Shown here: piece by piece, positions 8,352-16,889 of the stretch
How the letters are laid out: each line of letters begins with the position of its first letter
Position numbering within the stretch: the first letter of the stretch is position 1
Sequence record: MW358927.1
DNA from: Providencia phage PSTRCR_127
Reading direction: 5' to 3' (one strand)
Length of the DNA stretch: 24,000 bases
Position numbers and translations under genes: made by a program
The notes under the pieces: model-generated
Databases searched by the model: none
Told to the model about the DNA's origin: nothing
The model's input: only the letters and a program-made list of their open reading frames with translations

Positions 8352-8558
8352 ATGACTATGATTCCAGTATCTAAAGAAGAATTTGAAGATGTTCAGTTTG
8401 ACCCAACTCTGGTTGTTGTTCAAAAAGAACACACATCGCATCTTCTTCATGTAACTGTATTATATGTATTTGAAACAGAAACATCTAAAGAAGAACTGTA
8501 CTCAATGGTTCGCGAAATCACCGAAAATGGCACCGTTTTCTTCAAACGCACAAAGTGA
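8352..8558 (+). CDS. small hypothetical protein
   Basis: In-frame ATG at 8352 after the promoter and a ggag RBS; ORF call 8292 would start upstream of the transcript. Confidence 0.65.
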   Translation: MTMIPVSKEEFEDVQFDPTLVVVQKEHTSHLLHVTVLYVFETETSKEELYSMVREITENGTVFFKRTK

Positions 8559-8565
8559 GGATATT

Positions 8566-9189
8566 ATGTTAAAAGTAAATGATTTTGTTAAAGCTAACCT
8601 TGTAAAAACTGCTGGACAATTTGGAGTGTTAGCAGACCTATTACAACACAAACAAACTGATACCTTCCGTGTTTTGAAAATTGATGACGGTGGTTATAAC
8701 TCTGGTTTTTTAGGCGTAACAGAAATTTCTATTAACGGTATTCCTTATAACATCAAAGATGTTGATGAGAACCAGTGGTATTGGGCTTTCTTTACTGTAG
8801 ATCAATTTACCGAAACTGACTGTTTTACTATTGTCGAAAATGAAGAACCTTCGTTCCAGTGTGAAACTATTTTAGACATCAGTCCAACAACTGCTATGTG
8901 TCTTCGCGCGCCAGAACGTTCTAGTGGCGATGTGTTCAAACATCTGATTGAAGAAGTTGGAGAATACACCAAAACTCTTTATCGCCCGATTGAATGTGAT
9001 GAATCTTCGGTATCTGAATGTGCAGATGTTATCAATACACTGATCGATACGCTCTGGTTAGATTATCGTTCAAAAGACTATTTTAAAGACGTCAATGATA
9101 CTGACCTGATGTGTGTTATGATGTCTGAACTCAATGAGTGTATTGCAGTCAAATCCGCCAAATGGGCGAAAGTAGTAGGTGTAAAATGA
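8566..9189 (+). CDS. protein with N-terminal unknown domain and C-terminal MazG-like pyrophosphohydrolase-type motif
   Basis: FKHLIEEVGEYTKTL...ESSVSECADVINTLIDT fits an EExxE...ExxD all-alpha NTP pyrophosphohydrolase signature; ATG at 8566 preferred over 8464. Confidence 0.6.
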   Translation: MLKVNDFVKANLVKTAGQFGVLADLLQHKQTDTFRVLKIDDGGYNSGFLGVTEISINGIPYNIKDVDENQWYWAFFTVDQFTETDCFTIVENEEPSFQCETILDISPTTAMCLRAPERSSGDVFKHLIEEVGEYTKTLYRPIECDESSVSECADVINTLIDTLWLDYRSKDYFKDVNDTDLMCVMMSELNECIAVKSAKWAKVVGVK

Positions 9190-9878
9190 TTAAAGTTAAA
9201 TTTAAAACGATGAAGGACATATATAGTTATCGCGCAGGTGGATTTGAAAATAATGCACGATTTGTCGAGGCGATTAAAAAGCACAGCCCTAAAGATTTCA
9301 GCTTTTCGGTTGCTTATGACGAAAATGATTTTCATAATAATAAGAAGATCAATGCTGATATGGTCACAATTAACGGTCAGAAATTACAAAATTTAGACCC
9401 ATGGTTTATTGGCCACGAAACTTTATTTTTAAGTAGTTCACGTACACTTGGAAACGAATTGAGGTTTTTGGAAATTATGAACAAAACATTTTTTAAAATT
9501 AAATCTAAGGACCATTTGGCCCAATACCGACAAACTTATAGTTCAAACGACGAAATTGCTCGGTTGATTGGAACCAAACCATTTGAAGTTCGTGGTTATA
9601 ATGTAAACCAGTCTATTCGTGTTAGCCAAATTTATATTAATGATCAGCCTTTGGCTGACATGACTGATTTAGGGCCATCGCGTATTGCGTTCACTATTGT
9701 CGAACGTATTTCATATTGTATTGAATGTGACGAAGATACAATTACTTCTGAACGAGACGATTGTATGGATGAAGACCCCAAAATTGAAATTGAGTCTCGT
9801 CATAAATTGAATATCCAAGGTTATTTCGATGATGATCAACTCCGTGATCTGATCGAACAACTGGAATCGTTATTATGA
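9186..9878 (+). CDS. paralog-family protein, two-repeat member
   Basis: KVKFKTMKDIYSY... and FFKIKSKDHLAQY...; ATG at 9186 overlaps the upstream stop. Confidence 0.7.
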   Translation: MIKVKFKTMKDIYSYRAGGFENNARFVEAIKKHSPKDFSFSVAYDENDFHNNKKINADMVTINGQKLQNLDPWFIGHETLFLSSSRTLGNELRFLEIMNKTFFKIKSKDHLAQYRQTYSSNDEIARLIGTKPFEVRGYNVNQSIRVSQIYINDQPLADMTDLGPSRIAFTIVERISYCIECDEDTITSERDDCMDEDPKIEIESRHKLNIQGYFDDDQLRDLIEQLESLL

Positions 9879-10255
9879 AAGTAAAATTTAAATCAAAAGA
9901 AGCATATAACCAATTCAAAAATTCAAATTTTGAAATAAACCGTGCCTTTGGTGAACTTGTTGATGAAAATACAGTTTTTCAAGTTCCGACTTTATCAGAC
10001 CGAGTTTTAGTTAAACATGTGTTAGTTGAAAACCAACATTTGAAAGATTTAGACCTAGTATTTTTTTATTATGACGGCAATTCATTATTTCGATGGCCGG
10101 CAGAAACCGATTTATTAGAAGAAGTCTCAAAAGACGATGAAACTAAGACTAAAAATTCTTTTAGTATAAAATTTGATCTTGAAATTAAAGGTTCTTACAC
10201 TAAAGAAGAATTATTAGAAATTTCAAATAAACTGAAAGCTATGGCGGAATTATGA
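9875..10255 (+). CDS. paralog-family protein, single-repeat member
   Basis: MKVKFKSKEAYNQF...; ATGA overlap with the previous gene. Confidence 0.75.
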   Translation: MKVKFKSKEAYNQFKNSNFEINRAFGELVDENTVFQVPTLSDRVLVKHVLVENQHLKDLDLVFFYYDGNSLFRWPAETDLLEEVSKDDETKTKNSFSIKFDLEIKGSYTKEELLEISNKLKAMAEL

Positions 10256-10647
10256 TTACTGTAAAATTTAAATCTAAAGAAGCTTTTGAAGCATATCGTG
10301 ATTTAGGTTTTTATGTGAACTTAACTTTTGGCGAATATTTTAATTGGGACACTCCTTTTAAAATCAAGTCATTTAATAAAAGCGTTCGTGTTCATGACGT
10401 AAAAACTGTTGAAGATAAACCACTAGCTAAAGCATGCTCAAAATTCGCTGAGGTCAGTGGTCATTCAATTTTATTTGCCAAAGTGTCCGAAATGGATTTA
10501 TTAGAAGAAATTTATCACTCAGAAGCAAATAAAACTCCTTTTAATTCGACAATTGAAAGTGTTCGCATTAATTTTGTTGGTGATTATAATAAGCCTCAAC
10601 TTATCGAGCTTAAAGATAAATTAACTCGTCTTATCGAAGAATTTTAA
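10252..10647 (+). CDS. paralog-family protein, single-repeat member
   Basis: MITVKFKSKEAFEAY...; ATGA overlap with the previous gene. Confidence 0.75.
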   Translation: MITVKFKSKEAFEAYRDLGFYVNLTFGEYFNWDTPFKIKSFNKSVRVHDVKTVEDKPLAKACSKFAEVSGHSILFAKVSEMDLLEEIYHSEANKTPFNSTIESVRINFVGDYNKPQLIELKDKLTRLIEEF

Positions 10648-10667
10648 AAGGGCTTAGGCCCTTTTTT
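10646..10667 (+). terminator. intrinsic terminator AAAAGGGC-TTAG-GCCCTTTTTT
   Basis: 8-bp stem, 4-nt loop, T tract after the paralog array. Confidence 0.9.
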
Positions 10668-10690
10668 ATTGAGGAAAATACGGAGATTAC

Positions 10691-11371
10691 ATGTTTATAG
10701 TTTATCTTACAATTTATTCTGGAGATAAGCTCCCACCATTTTATATAGGATCGACGTCGTTAAAGAAATTTAACGAAGGTTATACAGGTTCTGTCAGGTC
10801 ACAAAAATATAAAAAGATTTATTACGAAGAAAAAATAAATAATCCACATTTATTTGACACGTGTATTGTAGACACGTTTGAAACAAGAAAAGAAGCAATT
10901 TGTGCTGAGTACAAATACCAAAAATTAAACGACGTTGTAAAATCTGATAAATTTTTTAATATGTCAATGGCTTCTCCTAATGGATTTTTTGGAATGTCTA
11001 CTGCCAAAGAAGATAATCCGTTTTATAATAAAAAGCACACTAAAACTACTTTAAAAATTATGTCCGAGCGTAAATTAGGTGATAAAAATCCGTGTTATGG
11101 TCTTAAAAGAGAAAAACATTCTATAGCAATGAAAGGCTCTAAAAATCCATTTTATAATAAAAAACATACAAAAGAAGCTTTAATTAAATGTGGTTTAAAA
11201 AATAGAACAAGTCCTGTATGGAAATATGAATCTGCTTTATTTAAATTGTGGATAGAATTAGACAAGCCTAAAGTTAGCACGTTTTCAAAAGAAAGTATTA
11301 ACCGTGGTTTTCCTAAAGGTTCTTATAAAAATATAGTACGTCAATTTGAGAGGACATTAAATGATCGATAA
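10691..11371 (+). CDS. GIY-YIG homing endonuclease (Seg/NUMOD3-type)
   Basis: VYLTIYSGDKLPPFYIGSTS N-terminus; repeated NPFYNKKHTKE/NPCYGLKREKH motifs typical of NUMOD3. Confidence 0.85.
   Translation: MFIVYLTIYSGDKLPPFYIGSTSLKKFNEGYTGSVRSQKYKKIYYEEKINNPHLFDTCIVDTFETRKEAICAEYKYQKLNDVVKSDKFFNMSMASPNGFFGMSTAKEDNPFYNKKHTKTTLKIMSERKLGDKNPCYGLKREKHSIAMKGSKNPFYNKKHTKEALIKCGLKNRTSPVWKYESALFKLWIELDKPKVSTFSKESINRGFPKGSYKNIVRQFERTLNDR
11231..11258 (+). promoter_or_regulatory. candidate MotA-dependent middle promoter (TCTGCTTTA-13-TAGAAT)
   Basis: MotA-box-like sequence with T4-like spacing to a near-consensus -10, about 100 bp before the topoisomerase gene; sequence pattern only. Confidence 0.35.
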
Positions 11372-13184
11372 TGATATTAAAATGCTCACTGACCGAGAAC
11401 ATTGTCTTAAAAGACCAGCAATGTATATTGGGTCAGTTTCTAATGAACCACACGAGCGATTTCTTTTTGGTGAATACAAAACAGTTACATATGTTCCAGG
11501 TCTGGTAAAAATTATTGATGAAATCATTGATAACTCAATTGATGAAGCTATTCGCACTCAATTTAAATTTGCAAACGAAATTGAAGTTGATATTAAAGAT
11601 TCTAAAGTCACTGTAAAAGATAATGGACGTGGTATTCCACAAGCAAATGTAATTACACCCGAAGGCGAATCTATTCCAGGTCCTGTCGCTGCATGGACAA
11701 GAACAAAAGCAGGCGGTAACTTTGGTAACGATTTAGAACGTGTTACCGGCGGTCAAAACGGTGTAGGCTCGTCATTAACAAACTTTTTCAGTACATGGTT
11801 TGAAGGTATCACAGGCGATGGTAAAAATACTGTAACCGTCACATGTAATGATAATGCAGAAAACATTAATTTTTCCGTTAAGAAAGGCAAGTTAAAAGGG
11901 ACTCAAGTTTCATTTGTTCCGGATTTTGATTGCTTTGACTGTACTGGAATTGATAAAACAATTCAAGATATTATTCAAGACCGGTTAATGACATTATCTA
12001 TTATTTTTGATAAAATCACTTTTAAATTTAATGGTAAAAAAATCCAAGGTAATTTCAAGAAATTTGCTTCACAATTCGGTGAAAAAGTAATTACTATGGA
12101 AAATGATAATGTGTCTGTAGCATTTGCTACTTCGCCAGACGGATTCCGGCATTTGTCTTTTGTTAATCAGATCCATACAAAAGTTGGTGGTTCACATATC
12201 GACTGGTTAATGGATGAAATTTCAAACGAACTGATTCCAACAATTAAACGTAAATATCGTATCGAAGTCACTAAAGCTCGTATTAAAGAATGCCTGACGG
12301 CTCTGGTGTTCATTCGTAATATGAGTAATATGAAATTCGATGGCCAAACAAAAGAACGCCTGACGAACACCTGGGGCGAAATTAAGAGTCACTTTGATAT
12401 AGACACTAAAAAATTATCTGCACAGATAATGAAAACTGAAGAAGTTTTAATGCCTATTATTGAAGCAGTACTGGCTCGTAAATTGGCCGCGGAACAAGCC
12501 GCAGCGACTAAGGCCGCCAAAAAGGCAGCAAAGGCCAAGGTTCCAAAACATGTTAAACCTACAATGTATGGTAAAAAAGATGCAGACACAACTTTATTCT
12601 TAACAGAGGGTGATTCTGCTATTAACGAACTATTAGTCGCACGTGACCGTGATCTTCAAGGCGGATATCCATTACGTGGTAAATTTCTTAATACCTGGGG
12701 TATGAAAGAAGTCGATATCATGAAATCTAAAGAAGCTTTTGATATTATGGCTATCACTGGTCTTGAGCTTGGTAAACCAGCTGAAAATCTGTATTATCAA
12801 AATATCGCGATTATGACTGATGCTGACGTTGATGGCCAAGGTTCAATTTATCCTGCGTTGTTGGCCTTCTTTTCTCGTTGGCCTGAATTGTTTGAACAAG
12901 GACGAATTCGCTTTTGTAAAACACCTCTTATAATTGTCCAGAAAGGTGATGACCAAAAATGGTATTATAGTGATGAAGAATATACCAAAGAGAAAGATAA
13001 CCTCAAAGGCTGGTCAACTCCACGATATATTAAAGGTCTTGCATCATTAACATCTGAAGAATATGAACGTGTCATGAGAAATCCAGTATATGATGTGGTT
13101 AAATTACCAGAGAATTATGTAGATTTATTTGAAATGTTATTAGGCGATAATGCCGATTTACGAAAAGATTGGATGAAATCATGA
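11361..13184 (+). CDS. 39: type II DNA topoisomerase large subunit, unsplit (T4 gp39 + gp60 equivalent)
   Basis: GHKL ATPase motifs (IDEIIDNSIDEA, DNGRGIP), TOPRIM-region TLFLTEGDSA and MTDADVDGQGSI, PENYVDLFEMLLGDNADLRKDWM. Confidence 0.97.
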   Translation: MIDNDIKMLTDREHCLKRPAMYIGSVSNEPHERFLFGEYKTVTYVPGLVKIIDEIIDNSIDEAIRTQFKFANEIEVDIKDSKVTVKDNGRGIPQANVITPEGESIPGPVAAWTRTKAGGNFGNDLERVTGGQNGVGSSLTNFFSTWFEGITGDGKNTVTVTCNDNAENINFSVKKGKLKGTQVSFVPDFDCFDCTGIDKTIQDIIQDRLMTLSIIFDKITFKFNGKKIQGNFKKFASQFGEKVITMENDNVSVAFATSPDGFRHLSFVNQIHTKVGGSHIDWLMDEISNELIPTIKRKYRIEVTKARIKECLTALVFIRNMSNMKFDGQTKERLTNTWGEIKSHFDIDTKKLSAQIMKTEEVLMPIIEAVLARKLAAEQAAATKAAKKAAKAKVPKHVKPTMYGKKDADTTLFLTEGDSAINELLVARDRDLQGGYPLRGKFLNTWGMKEVDIMKSKEAFDIMAITGLELGKPAENLYYQNIAIMTDADVDGQGSIYPALLAFFSRWPELFEQGRIRFCKTPLIIVQKGDDQKWYYSDEEYTKEKDNLKGWSTPRYIKGLASLTSEEYERVMRNPVYDVVKLPENYVDLFEMLLGDNADLRKDWMKS

Positions 13185-13423
13185 ATATTAAACGTACTGT
13201 AGGTTTTGAATATAAAGGACGAGTTCGTCATATTGACGTGTTACCTGTTTACGAATATTGTAGCTATGTTGGTGAAGAAGCGGTATTAAAATATGTCGAA
13301 GTGACTATGTGGAATAAATATCCACAATCTGTTATTGCAACAGGTTATTCACTTGAAAATGCTCTGTATAATTTAACTATTGAAGCTGACAAACGTCCAA
13401 GTTTTTATGACTACGAGAAGTAA
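13181..13423 (+). CDS. small hypothetical protein
   Basis: ATGA overlap with the topoisomerase stop; in the position of T4 39.1. Confidence 0.65.
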   Translation: MNIKRTVGFEYKGRVRHIDVLPVYEYCSYVGEEAVLKYVEVTMWNKYPQSVIATGYSLENALYNLTIEADKRPSFYDYEK

Positions 13424-13432
13424 GGATATAAA

Positions 13433-15538
13433 TTGAAATTACATAATGATGATGATCAAATGATTGGTTCCGGGAACAGAGATTCCCGGAAATTTAAAAT
13501 TGCCTCTTCTGCGAAAGCGTTTAAAATTCTTTCTCAGAACTTATACAAAAACCAGATTCGGGCGATTATTCGTGAATTGAGTTGTAACGCCGCCGATGCT
13601 CATGTGCTGGCTGGACACACAGACTCTTTTGACATTCAATTACCAACTCGTCTGGATAACCGTTTTATTATTCGTGACTATGGTCCAGGGTTGTCGCATG
13701 AAGACGTAACCCAGATGTATACAACTTATTTTGAATCAACAAAGGCCGATTCAAACGATTTTATCGGTGCTTTGGGATTAGGTTCAAAATCTCCGTTTGG
13801 TTATACAGAAACATTTAACGTTGTATCGTATTATAATGGCAGAGCACGTGGATATACAGCGGCGCTAGATAACGGCGAACCCGTGTTAATAGATACCTTT
13901 GATAAGCCGTCTGAGGCTCGTACAGGGCTTGAAATTACAGTACCGGTTAAGTCTTCAGACATTGGTCGTTGGGCTGAGGAAGCGCGATATGTTTATCGTA
14001 CGTTTTGTGACATCAAACCGAATTTTATTGGATTTGAATTAGAAATCAAATATCTTCCAACAGATTCGTATTTTGTTGAAGAAAACGCTGAATATTACGA
14101 ACGTAATTTCTATGCAGTGATGGGTAAAATTCGTTATCCGATTGATGATAAATATACCCATGGTACTTTTTTAAACACGATTAAAGACTGGTCAACTGGG
14201 TTTTATATCAGATTCGATTTAGGCGAATTAGATATTGCACCGTCTCGTGAAGAAATTTCATACGACGAAGAAACCGAAATCGCTATCAAAAAACGTATCA
14301 ATGATATATCTGCGATTTATGCAAAAGACATCACAGATTCACTTGATGAATGCACATCTAAACGTGAATTCTTTTATAAATTGCTTAAGCAAGATGGCGG
14401 TATTTATAAGTGGATTAAAGCTAATTATGTCCATAAAGAATTTGGTAAAGCTCAAGACGTCGTTGACTATTATGAAATGTATAAAGTAACAAATGATATT
14501 CCGTTTTATTTCATGAGTAATGACCCGAAAGTATGTAAAATTGAAGCTGGTCGTTGTAGTAGTTCGGCTAGCCGTAATAAGTATTCTCCGTTTAGTATTA
14601 TGGGTAAAACGAACGGTAAAATCCTTGGTCTTATTGATGACCAAAAAGGTCGTTCAAGAGTACAAGTTATTCGTGGTTTGACTGTTGAACCGGCTTTTAA
14701 AGAATACACTAAAGTAATTTGTTTTGAACAGAATAAAGATCATTTCCATAAATCGCTTGACGAAATTAAAGAGTATTATGATGATATTACTTTTTACAAA
14801 TTAAGTGATCTTCAGAAATATAAAATGACTGAAGAAAAGAAAGATTATATTCGTCCAAAAGCTTCAAACGTCATGAAGTTTAAACTTAAGACAAATGGTG
14901 ATTACACCAAGACCGAATTATTCTTAACGGCAAAAGAAGTTCGTGAATTAACAGGCTATGCATATTATATCTACGGCGATAATGTTTATGGATTATCAGA
15001 AGAAGTTAAAGATATCTGTGTTTGGAATCACCTTGATGTTGCGATGAAATTTGGTCTTAAAGAAATTTATCTGGTTCGTCCAGCAGCAAGAAAATATGCT
15101 CTCGAAAGTAAATTGAAATGTGCATTATCAGAATTCAGATTAAAATTAGAACAAATCGATGTTCAAGAATCTGATGTAATTTATCGTAACACTAATACAG
15201 TATATAATAATTGTAAAAAACATAAGTTAGATTGGATTATTCCGTATTTCGTTAAAACTAAAGAAAATTTTGATGAAAAGAAATTCAGCATGCTTATGGA
15301 AGTATATAAATTACAGAGTATAGATTTTGTAAAAGATTCTGAATACTTAACTGAACAACGTTTGAAGTTCCGTAAGTTTTATGATGAAGCCGCAATTGAA
15401 TCGAATAAGTATTACCAAGAATTCGTGCGATTGAATCCAATTTTACATGATGTATTATCGAGTTGGAGTTTCTCTGAAGAATATGCAAAAGATGTTAATC
15501 GTGTTTTTAAAGACAAAATAGCGACTTCGGTCGCTTAA
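13433..15538 (+). CDS. rIIA: RIIA membrane-associated protein
   Basis: GHKL-like N-terminus KAFKILSQNLYKNQIRAIIRELSCNAADAH, ESTKADSNDFIGALGLGSKSPFGYTETF, LDIAPSREEISYD; TTG start with RBS AAGGA. Confidence 0.95.
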   Translation: MKLHNDDDQMIGSGNRDSRKFKIASSAKAFKILSQNLYKNQIRAIIRELSCNAADAHVLAGHTDSFDIQLPTRLDNRFIIRDYGPGLSHEDVTQMYTTYFESTKADSNDFIGALGLGSKSPFGYTETFNVVSYYNGRARGYTAALDNGEPVLIDTFDKPSEARTGLEITVPVKSSDIGRWAEEARYVYRTFCDIKPNFIGFELEIKYLPTDSYFVEENAEYYERNFYAVMGKIRYPIDDKYTHGTFLNTIKDWSTGFYIRFDLGELDIAPSREEISYDEETEIAIKKRINDISAIYAKDITDSLDECTSKREFFYKLLKQDGGIYKWIKANYVHKEFGKAQDVVDYYEMYKVTNDIPFYFMSNDPKVCKIEAGRCSSSASRNKYSPFSIMGKTNGKILGLIDDQKGRSRVQVIRGLTVEPAFKEYTKVICFEQNKDHFHKSLDEIKEYYDDITFYKLSDLQKYKMTEEKKDYIRPKASNVMKFKLKTNGDYTKTELFLTAKEVRELTGYAYYIYGDNVYGLSEEVKDICVWNHLDVAMKFGLKEIYLVRPAARKYALESKLKCALSEFRLKLEQIDVQESDVIYRNTNTVYNNCKKHKLDWIIPYFVKTKENFDEKKFSMLMEVYKLQSIDFVKDSEYLTEQRLKFRKFYDEAAIESNKYYQEFVRLNPILHDVLSSWSFSEEYAKDVNRVFKDKIATSVA
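15520..15535 (+). promoter_or_regulatory. stable hairpin AGCGAC-TTCG-GTCGCT at the rIIA 3' end, no T tract
   Basis: 6-bp perfect stem with C(TTCG)G loop spanning the last rIIA codons, about 20 nt before the rIIB ATG. Confidence 0.6.
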
Positions 15539-15555
15539 TAAAAAGGTAAATGTAA

Positions 15556-16779
15556 ATGGCCGTTCAAATTTTAAATGAAAATCAAAAGAAAAATGTAGTT
15601 GAGTATCGTAAAGAAGGTATGTCCCTGGCAGCAATTGGTCGTATCTATGATGTTTCCGCAGATACAATTTCCCGTGTATTAAAAGAACGTGAAGCCCAGC
15701 ATCCTTTCCGGACTGGAAACGGCACAGTACACATGGGTGATTATAAAATCCCAGAAGGTACTACAGTTAAGATTGAAGATTTAATTGTCCGTAAAATTGT
15801 TATTGCTCCTGGCTACGGCGCTGTAGAATGTCGTGATATTTTTATTCATGATGGTAAATGGATTACAGACTGGACAGATATCTATAACGAAAATGATGAA
15901 TATATCGATGAAAATGACACATACGTAGAGGGTACATTATTTTGTAGTGATATTGCATATAATGGGACCAATGTTCATTATCGTCATAGCGGTCCTAAGA
16001 CGGAATTCGAAGATTATATTGAAAAAGCAGTTGTTCCTGCACGTGAAGTTCCAGTTTGGAACGCCAATAAGAAATTTATTTCTATTACTGTTGGTGAAAA
16101 TACTTACAACGCAGATAATACTGCTCCAAATTTTGCTCAGGCATTAGAATTACTGGCTCAGTCAGTTTCTGTTTCGGAAGTCGAAGCTTTAGACCTGGTT
16201 TATGAAGCCTTAGACCTGATTAACATTGAACGTGCTATTACTTCTTATGTTAAAGGCGACATGGAAATTACTGGTGGTGAATTATTCTATAAAGGTTTAC
16301 CAATCCGTAATGGCGTAGTTGATCGTATTATTCAGTCAATGCAAAACGGTGAAGATTTTGAGTTCTATATTCCATTCCTGGAAAATCTGTTAATGAACCC
16401 ATCTCGTAAAGCTGTTATGCGTCTGTACGATTTCTTGGTCGCGAATGATATTAAAATTACAGAAGATGGATATTTCATCGGTTGGAAAGTTGTTCGTAAA
16501 GATTACACCGATTGTCATTCAGGTCAGTTTGATAATAGTCCAGGTCAATTAGTGACAATGGAACGTAACCAGGTCGATGAAGACGATAATCGTACTTGTT
16601 CTTCTGGTCTGCACGTGTGTTCTAAAAGTTATATTAAACATTTTGGTAGTTCTTCAAGTCGTATTGTATCTGTTAAGGTTCATCCTCGTGATGTGGTTTC
16701 AATTCCAACAGATTATTCTGATGCCAAAATGCGGACGTGTGGTTATCTGGTCCTGGAAGATGTCACTGATAAATTTTAA
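15556..16779 (+). CDS. rIIB: RIIB protein
   Basis: N-terminal HTH-like segment, VPVWNANKKFISITVGENTYN, LENLLMNPSRKAVMRLYDFLVANDIKITEDGYF, GLHVCSKSYIKHFGSSSSR. Confidence 0.95.
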   Translation: MAVQILNENQKKNVVEYRKEGMSLAAIGRIYDVSADTISRVLKEREAQHPFRTGNGTVHMGDYKIPEGTTVKIEDLIVRKIVIAPGYGAVECRDIFIHDGKWITDWTDIYNENDEYIDENDTYVEGTLFCSDIAYNGTNVHYRHSGPKTEFEDYIEKAVVPAREVPVWNANKKFISITVGENTYNADNTAPNFAQALELLAQSVSVSEVEALDLVYEALDLINIERAITSYVKGDMEITGGELFYKGLPIRNGVVDRIIQSMQNGEDFEFYIPFLENLLMNPSRKAVMRLYDFLVANDIKITEDGYFIGWKVVRKDYTDCHSGQFDNSPGQLVTMERNQVDEDDNRTCSSGLHVCSKSYIKHFGSSSSRIVSVKVHPRDVVSIPTDYSDAKMRTCGYLVLEDVTDKF

Positions 16780-16781
16780 TT

Positions 16782-16804
16782 AATGGGCTTCGGCCCATTT
16801 TTTG
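16782..16804 (+). terminator. intrinsic terminator AATGGGC-TTCG-GCCCATT-TTT
   Basis: 7-bp stem with TTCG loop and T tract directly after rIIB. Confidence 0.9.
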
Positions 16805-16805
16805 T

Positions 16806-16834
16806 TTTACAACTAAAAAGGAATGGTATACTAT
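16806..16834 (+). promoter_or_regulatory. early promoter TTTACA-17-TACTAT
   Basis: -35 16806-16811, -10 16829-16834, right after the rIIB terminator. Confidence 0.75.
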
Positions 16835-16889
16835 AATGAAGTCAACAACACCAGGATTCAAACATTTAACGGAGATAGGTCAATTCAAT

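Noticed and set aside
12480-12550. Ala/Lys-rich low-complexity stretch in gene 39 as an insertion or recombination scar
   Set aside because: A similar linker exists in T4 gp39, so it is an expected feature of the family.
14381-14406. TTGCTTA-13-TATTTA inside rIIA as a MotA middle promoter
   Set aside because: The box is good but the -10 match is poor and the site is over 1.1 kb from rIIB; not strong enough.
14235-14489. Same-strand overlapping ORFs 14235..14489, 15947..16147, 16577..16783, 20868..21074
   Set aside because: Out-of-frame readings inside rIIA, rIIB and the 20831 ORF with low-complexity composition; no independent evidence.
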